A stretch of DNA of 64,000 nucleotides from a virus (lineage: Duplodnaviria > Caudoviricetes): the IMG/VR virus record IMGVR_UViG_3300028048_000065, positions 85,499-149,498 of that record; one strand, 5' to 3'. Made by a program: the position numbers and the translations under genes. Shown one piece after another: positions 1 to 13,820 of this stretch; within the stretch, counting starts at the first letter, position 1; each line of letters starts with the position of its first letter. The notes beneath the pieces are model-generated. The model saw nothing but the letters and a program-made list of their open reading frames with translations. It did not search any database and was not told where the DNA came from.

Positions 1-3000
1 TTTCAATGCCGTCTGCATAACCTTTTTGAGCCTTATCGAGTTCCTTCTTCTGATTTTGAGCCCAAGCTTTTTGACCAGCAGAGCCATTTTTGATAAGATT
101 GTCAAGGTATTTAGACTCATTATTATAATCTGTTTTGGAGTTGTAAGGACTGCTGGAAGAGGACTTTTTGCTTCCCCCGCCAGAAGAGCTTCCACCACCC
201 CAAGTAGCGTTGCTCTGCCCATAGGTCTTATTATAAGAAAGTCCCTCATTGTCAATCTTTTCATTGCGAAGACCCTCAAGACTATCTATTCTTGCTTTAG
301 CGTCAGGTAGAAGTTTTCCATCAGACCCATAATTGCTCTTGTCCCCAAGAATATCATTAATTATAGATTGGTAGTCAGATGCGTAACTATAAGAACCTAA
401 AGAACCACCCGCTCCTCCTCCAAGAGTTGTAGTCCAACCCCGTGGAATAGGAATATCTCCATGATTATTAAGTCCAAGATATTGAGCGCTATCCATAAGA
501 GCTAAAGCTTGACGCTGAAGTTCAGCAAGCTAAAGAACTAATGCTGTATATTCTTGTAAGAAATTAGAGAAAATCCCGATATATTCTTTATAGCTTCCCT
601 CACAATTAGCGTTAAATTTCGTCATATCATTAAAGATTCTATCGTAAATCTCTTTTTGAAGGTCAGCATTAGACATTGATTGGTCAAGTCCAAACAATTC
701 TGCTAATAAACGGTCACGTTCTATACGTTGAGCTTCATTATAACGCCAATCTAACGCTTTAAGATAGAGGTCCCATTGTTCTATACGTTCATTAAGATTT
801 GCAATTTCGGCATCTTTGGTCTTCTCTAAATCATCCAGCCTATCTTGTCTATAGAAGTCATCAATTTCCTTGGCATTTTCTTTGCGTTTATCTCTTGGAG
901 TTTCATAGGTCCACCCAATACCACTTCTGTAAACTCTCTCCTTCTCTCTCGCTAAGGATTTTTTCGCGGCAAGCAAATCTTCCAATTTAGCTTGTCTCTC
1001 TAATTCATCGTTTACATCTTGAATTGGTTTTACTTCTTCTTCATAAGCTTTTTCAATAGCATCTATCGCATCTTGAATTTCATCCTTATATTCATTAACC
1101 TTAGAAACAATTGCATCATATTGAGAATCTTTATAATCTTTTTGGTCTTGTAACAAATTGATTTGGGCTTCTCTCAATGCCACAGTAACATCATTAAGTT
1201 GGTCAACCAAATCTTGAACTTGTTCATCAGTCAACATAGAAACATCTTCTAATTGCTCTCTAATTAAAGTAGCTTTTTGTTCAAGATAATTTATGTTAGA
1301 GCTATAATAATTCTCAATTTGGTCATAAGCTCCCCATTCATTAGGCTTACTCTTTTCAAGAAGGTCAAGCTTCTTTTCAAGAATATCAAGCTTATCATTA
1401 AGGACATCAAGAGGAATAGAAGCCAACTCTTGATATGTTTCAAGCCACTGCTTAGTCTTATCACGGATTTCTTGTTCAACTTCCTTAGAACCGCGATATT
1501 GTTTAGCTTCATCAGATTGGTCATAACGAATCCAATTAAGTCTTGCTTCAATGGTATCGAGGTCAGTTTGGAGAGATGTTCTCTTAGCAGCGATAAGAGA
1601 CTCGTATGCGCTTGTATCAGGAGTGCCTTTCTCATATTCAAGAGCAACATCGGCAATCTCACGTTGCCATTTTTGAACATCCATTTGGAGTTCAATTTGT
1701 TGCTTAATAAGATTATTTATTTCTTTTCTACGAGAAATTTCCTCTTCAAGAGTATCAGAAGTAGCAAGAAGCTCTCTTTGAGCAGCAATAAGCTGGTCAT
1801 AAGACACATCTTGAAGCTATAAAATGTTGATTTTATCTTCTACTCGCTCGTCATCAAGATTCTTTAATTTTACATAAGCTTCCTGATATTTTTGAAGATA
1901 CCCAAGCCCTTTTTCTGTTTCCTCATTTGCCAAAGGAGCGTATAGTTTCATTTGACGTTCGTATACTTTCGCAAGTTTATCATATTCTTTTTCGTTGTTA
2001 AGTCCATAATAATTTGCGCCCATATACATATCTTGAGAAGTTGCGCTAATATTTTCTTTAATAGATTTAAAAGCTTGCATTAAATAATACTCTTTGTTGT
2101 AAATACCTTCAAGTGCGCTTAAAAATTTCTCAAGAGTTTCTGTCGCATCTTTTAAATCTTTCGTATCAGGAGTAAAGAAACCAGCGCCAGCAGTTCCTAT
2201 ATCTATACCCTTGTCTATCATTTCTTGAAGGTCATTCATAATAATTTTACGAGCATTTATTCTCTATTGTAAACGTCCTTTATCTTGATTAACAAATCCC
2301 TCATCAGGGTCCCATTCTCCTAATTGGTCTTGAATATATTTTTGTCTGGCCTGAATATAAGTAGTATCAACTTTATAGCTGGAATCAGTTTGTTCTACCT
2401 TACCTGCGGCTTCAACTAAAGCATCCTTACTCTTCATCATTTGTTCAGCGCCTTTAGTATCTCCCGCTTTAGCCATATTAACAGCTTGGATTGAAGCATA
2501 TAATTCAGTATATGCCTTAGTTAAATCATTCGTAGAAACAATTTCATTATTATTAGCTTCAATCTTTTCATTGGTTGCTGTACCACTTGTTTTAGAAAGT
2601 TCAAGTTCTTGCCATTCTCTTTCAAGTTGAGCCTTAGTCATTTCATCTTCAGCATTAGCAGCTTCCATATTAGCTTTTAATGCCTCAAGTTGAATACGAG
2701 TCATTTCTTGTGTCGCATTTGCTTTTAACTTCAAAGAGCCTGTTGAGGTGTCAAGAAGTTCAATATAATTTTCATTTTCAGCTAACATACTGATAACAGT
2801 TTGAGTGCTTAACTTACCATAAGCATCTTGTTCTTTCTAAGCTGCGCTTAAAGTGTCATAACTATCTTTAACAGCATCTACGACAGTTTTTAATTCAGCC
2901 CATGTTGCAGCAACTCCCTCTACGCCATCAATATCTCCAAAAGCATCTGAAAGCTTAAACTCAGCAACCTTAGATAAATCTTCTTGAATAGAAGCAAGTT

Positions 3001-6000
3001 GTTGCCACGCAGTATCATAAACCGCATCCTGAACAGCTTCTTGCATTTCTTTTACCGAGCCCTCAAACTTTTTAAGTTCCTCAGAACTTGCAACTACTGC
3101 ATTTCTGACATTTTCAGGCAAATCAGAAAATTCTTTCCCTATTTCTTCATTAGAGCCTTCTTTTTTACCGCGAATCACGTCACTGTAATAAGATTTAAGT
3201 CTGTCTTGTAAAGAATCATAAGAATTTTGTTTTTGCTGGGCTCGATTAAAATAACCAACTTCAGAATCATAAGTTCTATCAGCATTAATCATGCGGATAA
3301 TATCTACATCTTCTGTTGTCCTGCCTATCCATCCAGAATTTGCCATTTTTGTAACTTTTCCAAAATCTTCGGATGAAAGTTGATTTAACAAGTTATTTAC
3401 ACTTGATGAAACAGTTACATCTTCTCCCAAAGCTCCTTTTACAGCTTCTTGTATTTGTTCTTGAAGAGTTAAAACAACGGCTTTACCAGATTGGGCATCA
3501 TACTTTAATCCTAACGATAATAACAGTTCATTTTCTTCGACTGAAATCATACCGTCAGACATGAATGCTTCTATTAATGCATCTTTAAAACTATCTTTCA
3601 GTGCTACGGCTTCTGAAGCTAAAGTTGCATCATCAGTTCCATAGTAAACATCTGCAATTACAGGGTGTTCTTCAAGCAACTTAGTCATAGCATCTGTGAC
3701 TTTTAAAACTTGTTCTTTATATCCTTCTTCATTAATTGTCCCCTAAGACAACCTTCTATTAATTGTTGCCTGAGAAGATTGAACCAAAGCGCTAACCATA
3801 TTGTTTTCATCAGTCGCAAGAGAACTCATCCTATCAGAAAGACCAGTATATTGAGCATATTCTGCAATATAATCCGCAGAAGAAACAAGTTGTGAATTAT
3901 AATCACTTAATTGCTAATTCAACCGCTTTATTTGTTTCTACTGAGTTTCAAGCTCGTCTTTCCAAGCATTTATATTTTTTCTTTGTTCCTCATAGCCAGC
4001 TTCTTCAGGAGACATCGTGCTTAATGTTTGTTCAGCCCCGAAAATTTGACCTTGTAACTTTATCTCATTTGTTCTTGCTTTCTTGTATTCCTCAATAGTA
4101 GATTCCAAATCCACTCCAAAAGGAGAAACACTAAAACCAGTAAATATTTTATGCAACGCCGCACTAATTCCATCTGGATTTTTAAAGAGAGCAACATTTG
4201 CTGCTTTCTCGGCGCTATCAGTTAAATCGTTTATAGCTTCTGTTACTTTGCTAACTCGTCCCTCAATGCCTTCTGGACCAACCAATTTGTTTCCAAATTC
4301 ATCCGTTCTAACAACTAATTCAGGAAAAACTTCAGCAATATCATTACTTAATTCAAGAAATTTGTCATACTCCTCAGAAGTTAAAGAAACATTGCGTCCA
4401 AGATAATCTACTCCATTTGCGAGCTCATCAAATTTAATTGCATTTGCCGAAGCACTTTGAGCCGAATCATAAAGTTCAGTAGCTTTTTTAAATTCCTCTT
4501 GAGCTTTTTCCGTCGCTGCTTTCAAGGAACTTACATAAGCATTATATACAATCGCCGCAAAAAGTACCGCTGCATCAGTTACTAATTGAGGACTTGCCAA
4601 TGCACTCCAAAAAGCTTTAGAACTATGTTTAGCTGAATTAGCAAATTCTCGATTAAAAGCTTCTGATGCTGTTAATCCTTCTTTTGCATAATCCCATCCT
4701 AATGCTTCTGACATAGACATACCACTGTTAAGCTTTCCAATAGTGGATTCATACCAAGCATTTTGGTTAATAGTTGCCGAAGCTTTATAATTAGATATTC
4801 CTTTACCAATAGAATCTGATAACCTTGTACCAAATTTCCCTCCTACTTGTCCTATTAACATAGCGCCAAGCATAGAGCCTACTAATTGTCCGCCTTCACC
4901 AAAATTCTTACCTATATTTCCACCAGTGGTTGTACCTAAAAGCCCACCTACTATTGTACCCGCTCCTGCCACAAGTGATTGACTATAAGACTGAGTAGAA
5001 GATTTACTCAAGTTTTTACCTAATGCAGTTTTATATTTTTGTTCTTGTTGAGTAAGTTCTTCTGCCGCAAGTCTTTGTCTTGCTCTGGTTTCAACAAGTT
5101 TTGCCTACTCTGCTGTTAAAGTCTGGTCTTGTGTAATCATTCCCTATTCAACAGCAATCTAATGTTGCATCGAAGACAATCTTTGCTCAGAAACATTCAT
5201 TGTTAAAGCATTTAAACTTTCTCTACTAAGTGAAGCAACTGTTTCCTCGGTTATTGTTCCCGTTAAAAGCTCTTTGGCAACGGCTGCTTGCTTATCTTGT
5301 GACTCGTTTAATAATGCTGACTGTGCGCTTAAGAGATAAGACTAAGTTACTTCTTGCGCTCCCTTAGTTGCTTGACTTAAAGCCGCACCATAACGTTTTT
5401 GCTGAGAAATAATAAAGCTCTCTTCTGCATATTCTTTATATTCATCAAGTTGTTTGCCAAGATATTCTCTCCCCTCGGAAGTATTTATACGTCCAATTCC
5501 ATACGTTAATTGACCCGCAGAAGAAATAATATCCGAAATTTTTCCATACCAATTACTTGCCACGTTAATTAAAGAATTACTATTCATTATTGCTGCGATA
5601 GCTATTATAGCCAATCCAAATTTATCTAAATTGTAAATTACTTCAGCAATAGTGTTATATAATTTCTTTTGAACACCTTGTAGATTAACGTTAAGAGTTA
5701 ATTTTTCAGCTGCAACTTGAATTCTCTTTTGAGCCGCTTCAATAGAATTAGTATAAGCTTCCATTTTTTCTACTGCTGTGCCATAAGAATTGGAAGCAAT
5801 TTCTTGATATTTAAGAACAGAATCCCAGTTTGAAAGCATGGCAACCAAATTTTCTCTTTGTCTTGTTCCTGCAAGAGAAGCTGCAATACCAGCCTGTTGT
5901 ACTGTAGAATAAGTGTCCCATTTAGAGGCTATTTCATCCAAAACATCATCAAAACTTCTAAATGAACTAACGGTATCACGAAGTTGAATACCCACTGCTC

Positions 6001-9000
6001 CAAGAGAAGTTTCAACGTCGTTTAACCGCGCCCAATCTTCCGCATTATAGTTTTCAGACTCAATATCTTCCTGAGCCGCTACAAATTTTCCTGCGGCCAC
6101 ATTTTGATACCTTGCATAAAGACTTTTCATAGATTCGCCAATACTGGCCTCGCTCTTTTGTGTTACGTCAATCATTGTAGTAACATAACCAATAAATCTA
6201 TTCATCTCCGTTCCTGCAAGCTACGCCGAATTGTTTGCACGGCTCATTGCTTCTGCAATGCCACCCGCGCTTGCCTGTTGTGTTACCTTATATTTTCATA
6301 TAAGCACTGACTATATCTTCACCCATTGCTGGGGTACACTACTTCGATTTGTTATCTACGTTTAGTCGATGAGGACGCTTCTCATTAAAAGCTTTCCTGC
6401 TGATTGACCAATCTTTATAATTTTTAAACCGTCACATTCAGACTTATTTCATTCTCCTGTTGTGGTTTATAAAGCTCTAAGGTGTTTTCAGCATTTCAAT
6501 GTATTTTCCTTATATGTTACCATATTTGCGACCTATTTATTTTAAGCCGCCGCCATGTCTACTGCGTTATGTTTACATTTAGTCGGCTATTCTAAATGCG
6601 ATTTAAATATAAAATTAAATCCACTTCCTTTCGGAACGTGACCAGACTATTTCTTCACCCTTTAATTAAAGGGGCAAACTATTTCGGATAACTTTTAAGC
6701 CTTGTTACCCTACCTTTCTCTCAAAAGATAGTCGTTGAAAGCAACAAATCATTATGCATAACAATTTGTCCACTTGCATGAACATCCATTATTACGAATA
6801 CTTAGGATTTAACCTTATATTCATCCTTACGTTTTTTCTACTTTCGTCCCATCACGCTTATCATTACTGATTACGTTGTGGTGTAAGGCTTTAGGATTTA
6901 CCTGCTTTTAAGTTTGTGTCCTATGCCGATTACTCGACATACGCTGCATATTGTTACAGTTAATTTATCGACAACTCCCATGACTTCACTGGCTTCGATT
7001 TTCCAGCCCTTCAACACGCTAATCAAATAGCTCGTTGCATCAGCACTTTCAATCATACCAAGCGTACTTAAATACATAGAAGCTTTAGTTAAATCACTTG
7101 CTTCCTTACCTTGATAACCTGCACGAAGCCAATCATTTGCCGCAACAGCGACTTCTTGTGTACTCTTTCCAACTTCTTTAGCAAGATTGTTAAATTCATA
7201 CATCATGTTTTTAACATCACTATAACCCATTCCAGCCGCTATTTGTAAATCTACCATAGCCGCATCAAGGTCTTTTGTATATTGCCAAACTTGTTGTAAA
7301 GAATTTTTAATATAACCAATTGCTACATAAGCTAAACTATAGTCTGTTAAATTTCTAAGAGAAGCTTTGAAACCATTTGCAATTTGTTGAATTAATCCAA
7401 CACTTTCTTTTTGTCTTAAATTAATTTTTGCAAGTTTTTCTTCTTGGGATGCTTGAGAATTTTCTATCTATTTGTTAAATTGAAGTCTTTCTTGTTCGCT
7501 TAATTGGGTTCCATCACTAAATTTACCAGTATTACTATCATAGCTAACAGTTTGATTCTTGATAGCTTGCAATCTGGATTGATACATCTCAACTAATTTT
7601 TGTTGCTCTTTGCTACGGGGTCCAACTTGGTCATCCATAGAATTTTGGAGAGTGAGCATATCTCTCTCAATTTTTTGTTGTTCCTTAAGAGATTTTAAAT
7701 AATTTTTCTTTAACGCATCAGCTTGCTTAAGTTGAGCAACTTCCTATTGTTGCTTTGCTTGAGCTGTATCGTAAGCTGTCTGAAGTCCACTTAAGAAATT
7801 TTGAATTAGTTGCGCTGCTTGCTGATTAAAAGGAGTAGGAAGTTCAAGATTGTGTAATTTATCTTGTATCCCAGTTCTATCCGCAGCGTCCACCTAAGCC
7901 TGATAAGTCTCTTCTAAACTATCCTTTTGAGAATTTAAAACTTGTAGCTCTCTTTCTAAAGTTGCTAAACGGACTTGATTTTCTTCATTATCGCTTCCGA
8001 TAAGATTGCTACGCTCTTCCTCTAAAGTTTTAATTTTAAGAGTTACCTCGGCAAATTTCCCGTAAGTTTTTAAGGCTGAACGAAGATTAGATTCAAAATC
8101 TTTCATTTGTCCAATAAGATTATATTGACCTTCATGAACAGCAGTATTATTTTCTTGCTCATTGAACAAGTTGTCTAAATTACGAGGGGCTCTTAGTGCT
8201 GGGTCTACAGAATCATTTCTAAATCTTCTACCATTATAAGGTAAGTTAGACTAATCTCTGGGAGCCTCAACATTAGGAGAACGATTTCCACCTTCTTCAA
8301 GTTCATCTATTCTTTGTTCGTATTCCTTTACTTGTTCTTGAAGAACCTGAATATCTCTACGCAATTCAGAATTGTCATTTCCAGTTGCAACAGAAACAGT
8401 TTCTCCGCCAAAAGTAAAAGGCAATTCACTTTCTTTTGCGGCTTCTCCTTCTACCTTTAAGGCATCAGACAATTTTCCCGCGACTTCTAATTTATCTTTT
8501 TCAGCTTGAACAGCTTTTTGCACAGCTTCAGCATGAGAGTTAAAAGCTTCAGTAGAATCTTTTATAGAAGCAGTTTCGATAGACAATCCATTCGCACCTG
8601 AAACTGTAGTAGGAGCAGTATTTTTTGGTTCATCTGGAACGTAATATTTTCCACTATCTACCAAAGATTGATAACGATTCATTAACCCAGTTAAAGGGTC
8701 TTCTTTTTTTACTTCAGTTGTAACACGACCATCAGATAGCCCTTTAAAATTACCTTCTTGATTCATTCGGGCGGTAATAGCTTCCTAATATTTTTTCTCA
8801 GCTAAAGCCATTTTTTCTTCCATACTTAAAGCTTTAACTGTTCCCTTGCTCTGTCTTTCTTCTAACGCTCCCTTTAAAGTTAATATATCTGCACAAACAG
8901 CTTTATAATAAGCTCTTTTAACTTCTAACTCGTCTTCGCTTGCCGTTAAAAGGTCTTGTTCTATTTGTTCTCTTTCTTTTTGAGCATTAGTTAATTGGTC

Positions 9001-12000
9001 TTCAATTGTGCTTCCACCATAAATTGTTCCTGTATATCCCGCATGATAAAGAAGCTGCGTTTTTGCGACATTACTCAATTCTACATCTTCTAATGGAGTA
9101 TTATGAGTTCCTTCTCCTTTTATGCCATTTTTTTGATAATAAGAAACACTATATTTATTTGGATTCTCATCAGCATCCGTAGATAAACGTCCCAATAAAT
9201 TCTGCTTAAAAATGTCTTGTTCAGAACGTTGAACAGGAATATCTATTTCTTCTCCTGTATATTCATCTATGCCTTTACCAATAGTGGTAATTTTAGTTGT
9301 TAAAGATTCGTATAAGTTTTTTAACTTTTGAACAGGAGTATAGCCAGTTTCAAAGAATTTTTCAAGAGCTTTATCAATATCTCCATCTTCCATTTCCTTA
9401 TCAAACTTGCTACGGCCTTCTTTAAGCAAATCATATTTTTTCCCTAAACGGGGATTATTTGCTTTCCATTGTTCAATTAATTTATCGGCAGAAACGACTT
9501 CTTTTCCAGTTTGTTCATTAATTGAACTGGCTTTCTTTTGAGCAGAAAGTTCAACCATTTCAGGATAATAAAGAAGATTTGCTAATTGATTATACGCTGT
9601 GCTGGAATTGGTGCGTTTATTTCCTAAATTAGCAAATGCGTATCCATTACCACCAGCTTTGTCTATCATAGCCGCCACTTTTTCCGCTGCCGCAACAACT
9701 TTTGAAGAAGTATCATCATTGCCTTTTCCTTCATTTTTGGTTATTGTACGGTCTAAAGCTTGAATTGCTGACTCGGAAAAAGTAGCCTCAACTTCTCCAT
9801 CATCTTTTGATTTCCCATATTCAAAATCTGCGCCATAAGCTTTTGAATAAAAAGCTTCTTTATTAGTTGTCCAAGAAGAATATCCAAAATCATTATCTGT
9901 CCCATATAAGTTACCCATAACAAATTGGCGATTTTTCTTGTAGCCAAATTTATTAGCCGCATTTGACAATCCCTCTTCAGGAGAAGACGCAGTAGAATAA
10001 AACTTTTGCATTAAAGATTTGGCGTTTTCAAACATCTTTAAAAGATTCTGTGCATCTTCTGGTTTAAGGTCAGAAGTTGAATTAACAACGTCAATATAAC
10101 CATCCATTAAAGAATCAAAAGCGGCTTTAATTCCTTGTGGATTAGCTTCTCCTGCTTCGACTTTTTCTTGAAAATTTTTAATCCATATAACAATAGCATC
10201 ATAAATTAATTTTACTTCATTCAAATTAGATTTTATTTCTGCTACCTATTGCTCATCTACTTCGTCTAACTATTGTTGAAAATCCGCAGTTTCATCACTT
10301 AAATTATTAACTTTTGACGTTCCCATGTCACCATTGCTATATTTTTTTGGAGCGTCAAGACTATTCGCAGAAGCTTGATTCTACAAAGCAAGATTTTCTT
10401 CGCTTACCCCAGTATAAACATCTCTGCCAGTTATTCCTAAATTTTGAGCAAGTTCAGGATTCAACCGTTCAACAATATCTTGCGCTGTAATGGCGGCTCC
10501 TTTATATCCTTCTTCATAAGCTTGTTGCAAAGCATATCCTAAAATTTCTTCTACTGCTTCAGCAGTACGCCCCTCATTATCTTTTTCGCTCCAATTGCGA
10601 ACCATATCCAAAACTTCTTTTTGAATTGGCATAGAAGCTAATTTTTCTTCAATTAATTTATTTAACTTTGTGCTTTCTTGAGACCTTTTTTGTTGGTCAC
10701 TATATTGAGATTGATGTTCTCCCGCAGATTGATTATCTGTTTCTCCTAATTGGTCTCCATTATCCCACCGCACTCGAATATCACTTAAAGTTTGAGCGAC
10801 TGCCCCTTTTCGACTTAAAAGCATATCACGCAAAGTAGATAAGCCTCTTGTCTAATCAAACTAATTAGCTCCGCTTAATCCTGCTTCAATATTTGCTTGC
10901 TCTCTATCAAAAAGTCCGCCAGCATCAACTTTTTTAATATAATTGCCATTTTCATCCATGAAAGCATTTTCCGCAACTGCAATTTTACCTGTGAGCAACT
11001 TACGCAAATTAGGCTCAAGAGTATTATTAAATGCTTGTTCAATAGTTGTTAAAATATCATTAATAGCTTCTTGTGCCGCTTTATAAAAAAGAGAAGTTTC
11101 AGGAACAGAAGCAAGTTTTTCAACAAAATTATTCAATTGGAAAAGAGATTGATTGTTAAAATTCGTAATAGGCTTCCGATTATAATCGACAATTCCAACT
11201 TCTTTAGCTAAAGCGGAAGAAACTTGCATTCCGCTTTCACTTCTAATTGCCGCAGTTAAATTTGGACGAGCCGCACCAGTTTCATCTCTATAACTCCGAG
11301 GAATTACAGTTTGCACTCCATTTTTATCAGTCGTTACAAAACTACCAAATGCACGAGATGTAATTATAGGCTAAGTAGAATCTTTTGCTGTACCTTCTCT
11401 ATATAAATAAGCTTTACGTTTAATCCGTGGAACAAAAGTTTTTGTTTCTCCTCTTAAGGCTTCTATATCCTAAGATTTTGCTTGTCTCCACTCTCTTAAT
11501 ATGGACTTATCTGTAATATCTTTAGAAGAACGTAAAATCTAAGCATTAGCTTCAACCCTTTTCTTTCGTTCACTTTCATGCATAGGACGTTGTAAAGATT
11601 TTAATTCTTCTTCTGCTTGCTTTTGTTTTAACTCTGCTACTGCTTTTTGAGCTTTATCTCCAGCAAGTTGAGCTTCCATTGCTCTTTTTGCTTGAGCGTC
11701 ACGCTCTGCCATTAATTCTTTGTTCTTTTTGTGATATGCCTCTAAATCTCTCTGATATTCTTTATCATAATATTCTTCTACATAATCCTTTGAAGAAGGT
11801 CGAGATGCAACTTTAGTAGTTGCTGGCGTAATTGTCGTAGGAACTTTTTTCTTGGCTTCTTCTACCGCTTTATTTAAAGTCCCCATATTTCTTTGCAGAT
11901 TTACAATCTCACTTAAAATGGACCTATATTCTTTTAATTGGTCTATTGTTTTATTATCTATCTTTACTAAAACAGCTTCTCTTTCCTGTAGTTGCTGTAT

Positions 12001-12108
12001 AGTTGTTTTAGCTTTTTCTAATTCCGCCTCCGCTTTTTTTATAGCATCGGTTTTCATTTGAATATCAACATCAGCCGTTACTTTAACAGTCTTTTTTTCA
12101 TCTGCCAT
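1..12108 (-). CDS. Tape measure protein, partial (runs off window start); exons 12108-6957, 6564-6545, 6274-<1; TAG read as Gln
   Basis: Track fragments 12108..6898 share one frame and 6205..530 share another. The breaks I traced are TAG (>20). Removing two group I introns gives ...VVDKLT-AVDMAAA-ASAGGIAEAMSRANNSAQ..., a typical TMP core. Coiled-coil rich, GYADG-like motif near position 20, ~3,800 codons. Confidence 0.9.
6275..6544 (-). mobile_element. Group I intron (TMP intron 2), 270 nt, no ORF
   Basis: Core motifs AAATGCTGAAAA (P), AATCAGCAGG (Q), TCATCGACTA (R), AAGATATAGTC (S). Exon GCGGCU pairs with intron GGUCGC with terminal U-G. Ends in G; removal restores the frame. Confidence 0.9.
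6565..6956 (-). mobile_element. Group I intron (TMP intron 1), ~392 nt, no ORF
   Basis: R (TTCAACGACTA) and S (AAGAAATAGTC) motifs and the P5-region extension shared with other introns here. Removal gives KLT-AVD. Boundary ambiguous by one G. Confidence 0.85.
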
Positions 12109-12126
12109 TATATATTAAACCTCCAA

Positions 12127-12825
12127 TCATAATTTCAACCGATACTTTTTCTATATCTTCGGCTTGATTTGAGTAGTAAATTCAGTATTAAATCGTGTCA
12201 ACGCTTTATAACGTGCCATTTTATAAACTTCTGCAACACTTACTGCACCCGTTATCCTTTTCATTGTATTAACAGGAACAAATTGTAATGAGCTTGCTGG
12301 AATTTTTTCTTGTTTTTTTAAATCATCTAATGCATCTTGTACCAAACTATATTCCTAATCATCCTCATCTTTTTCACTATCTTCCCAATATTTTGGGTCA
12401 TCTTGCCAAAAGTTTTCTATGTATCCCGTCACATATTCTTCGGGGTCTCTATATCCCTAAAAATTTGCTTGACTTTTAGAATTCAAATTATTATTATCTA
12501 TTCCATCTATTTTATCCAATATTCCCTAAGTAAACAAGAATTTTCTTTCATCATAGGAAAAATCAGGACGGAAATTATTCCTTTGATAATACTAAATGGA
12601 TGAAATTAGCGCATTTACATCATAATTATTTCCATAATACTAATCAAACACTTCAATAAAAGTTGAATTAACAATTGCCACAAATTGCCCTAAAATATCT
12701 GATTTAATCTAAGATAAATTAATTACAGATTTTTGCTTTGCTTCTACCTCAACTGCTTTAAATTCTTTTTCTATTTTTGCTTTTATAATTGTTTCCAGTT
12801 GAGTCATGTCAATAAAAGTCTCCAT
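12127..12825 (-). CDS. Hypothetical tail-region protein, 232 aa with TAG=Gln
   Basis: ATG 12825 with RBS; frame open to TGA 12127 apart from several TAGs. Confidence 0.75.
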
Positions 12826-12847
12826 TTCGTTCTGTCCTTTCCTATAA

Positions 12848-12891
12848 TGAAAATGAAAATGAGACTAACTTAAAATTAGTCTCATCTTCAT
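12848..12891 (-). terminator. Intergenic hairpin, probable terminator
   Basis: Inverted repeat ATGAGACTAA...TTAGTCTCAT. Confidence 0.5.
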
Positions 12892-12955
12892 TAGAGGATA
12901 TACCCTCTTTCTATTAAGAGGTATTATAACACCGTAAATACGGGTTTAGCCTATT

Positions 12956-13768
12956 TTATTTTTTATTTGTTTTAACTTTTTTCTTTTCTTTTGGGACTTT
13001 CAATTCACTTTTACCTTTTGAAGCAGAATAAATTTCATCTGCCAATTCTTTTTGTACTGTATCCAAAGTTTTCTTAATTTCAGGATTTGTAGTATTTATA
13101 ATATCAGCTAAATTCTGAATTGTCTTTTTATCCTTCTTAAGCCCCTCAAGAAGAATTTCGATTTCTTTAGAGTTTTTAGCTAACTTTTGATAATCAATAT
13201 TAGACATAAGTTCACTAAGCTCTTTAAGATGATTAAGATTCAAACTATCTTCAAACATTTTTTTGAACTCGGTATAATCATAAGTACAATACTGAAGAAG
13301 AAAAGGACTAAATATGGGATAAAGCAAATCATATGCAGCATAAGTTTTTAATTCTTCATTAGAAACATCTACCATTGCATACAAACCCAGTAACACATCA
13401 AAAAACAATGTTTTATAAATATTTGCAATACGAACCTCATGTGTTTCAAGCGGGTCGTTGTCTAATTTATAAATTAATGTCATTAAAGAACGGACTTTTT
13501 CAATCATAGGGATATAAGAACGAATTGTCATCTTATTCCCAAAAGCATCCAATTCTTCCATTGTAATTTTGCCGCGAACAAAATTACCTGCAATATTAAT
13601 TAGTTCTTCTAATTTTAATTGTTCAGACTTTTTATCTTCTTTTTTGTCTTCAGCCAATTCAATTTTAGTTGTATCTGAAATATCAGAGGTTTTACTCAAA
13701 GGAAGTTTTTCTGTGACAGCCTCTTCTTGCACAGAAACTTCATTTCCCAAAGTTTTTTTATCTTCCAT
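12956..13768 (-). CDS. Hypothetical protein, possible tail assembly chaperone
   Basis: 270-aa ORF with RBS; position upstream of TMP only. Confidence 0.6.
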   Translation of the reverse strand: MEDKKTLGNEVSVQEEAVTEKLPLSKTSDISDTTKIELAEDKKEDKKSEQLKLEELINIAGNFVRGKITMEELDAFGNKMTIRSYIPMIEKVRSLMTLIYKLDNDPLETHEVRIANIYKTLFFDVLLGLYAMVDVSNEELKTYAAYDLLYPIFSPFLLQYCTYDYTEFKKMFEDSLNLNHLKELSELMSNIDYQKLAKNSKEIEILLEGLKKDKKTIQNLADIINTTNPEIKKTLDTVQKELADEIYSASKGKSELKVPKEKKKVKTNKK

Positions 13769-13820
13769 TTATATTTCTCCTTTTAAACCTTTTATTTGTG
13801 TATTTATCCAATTTTATGCA

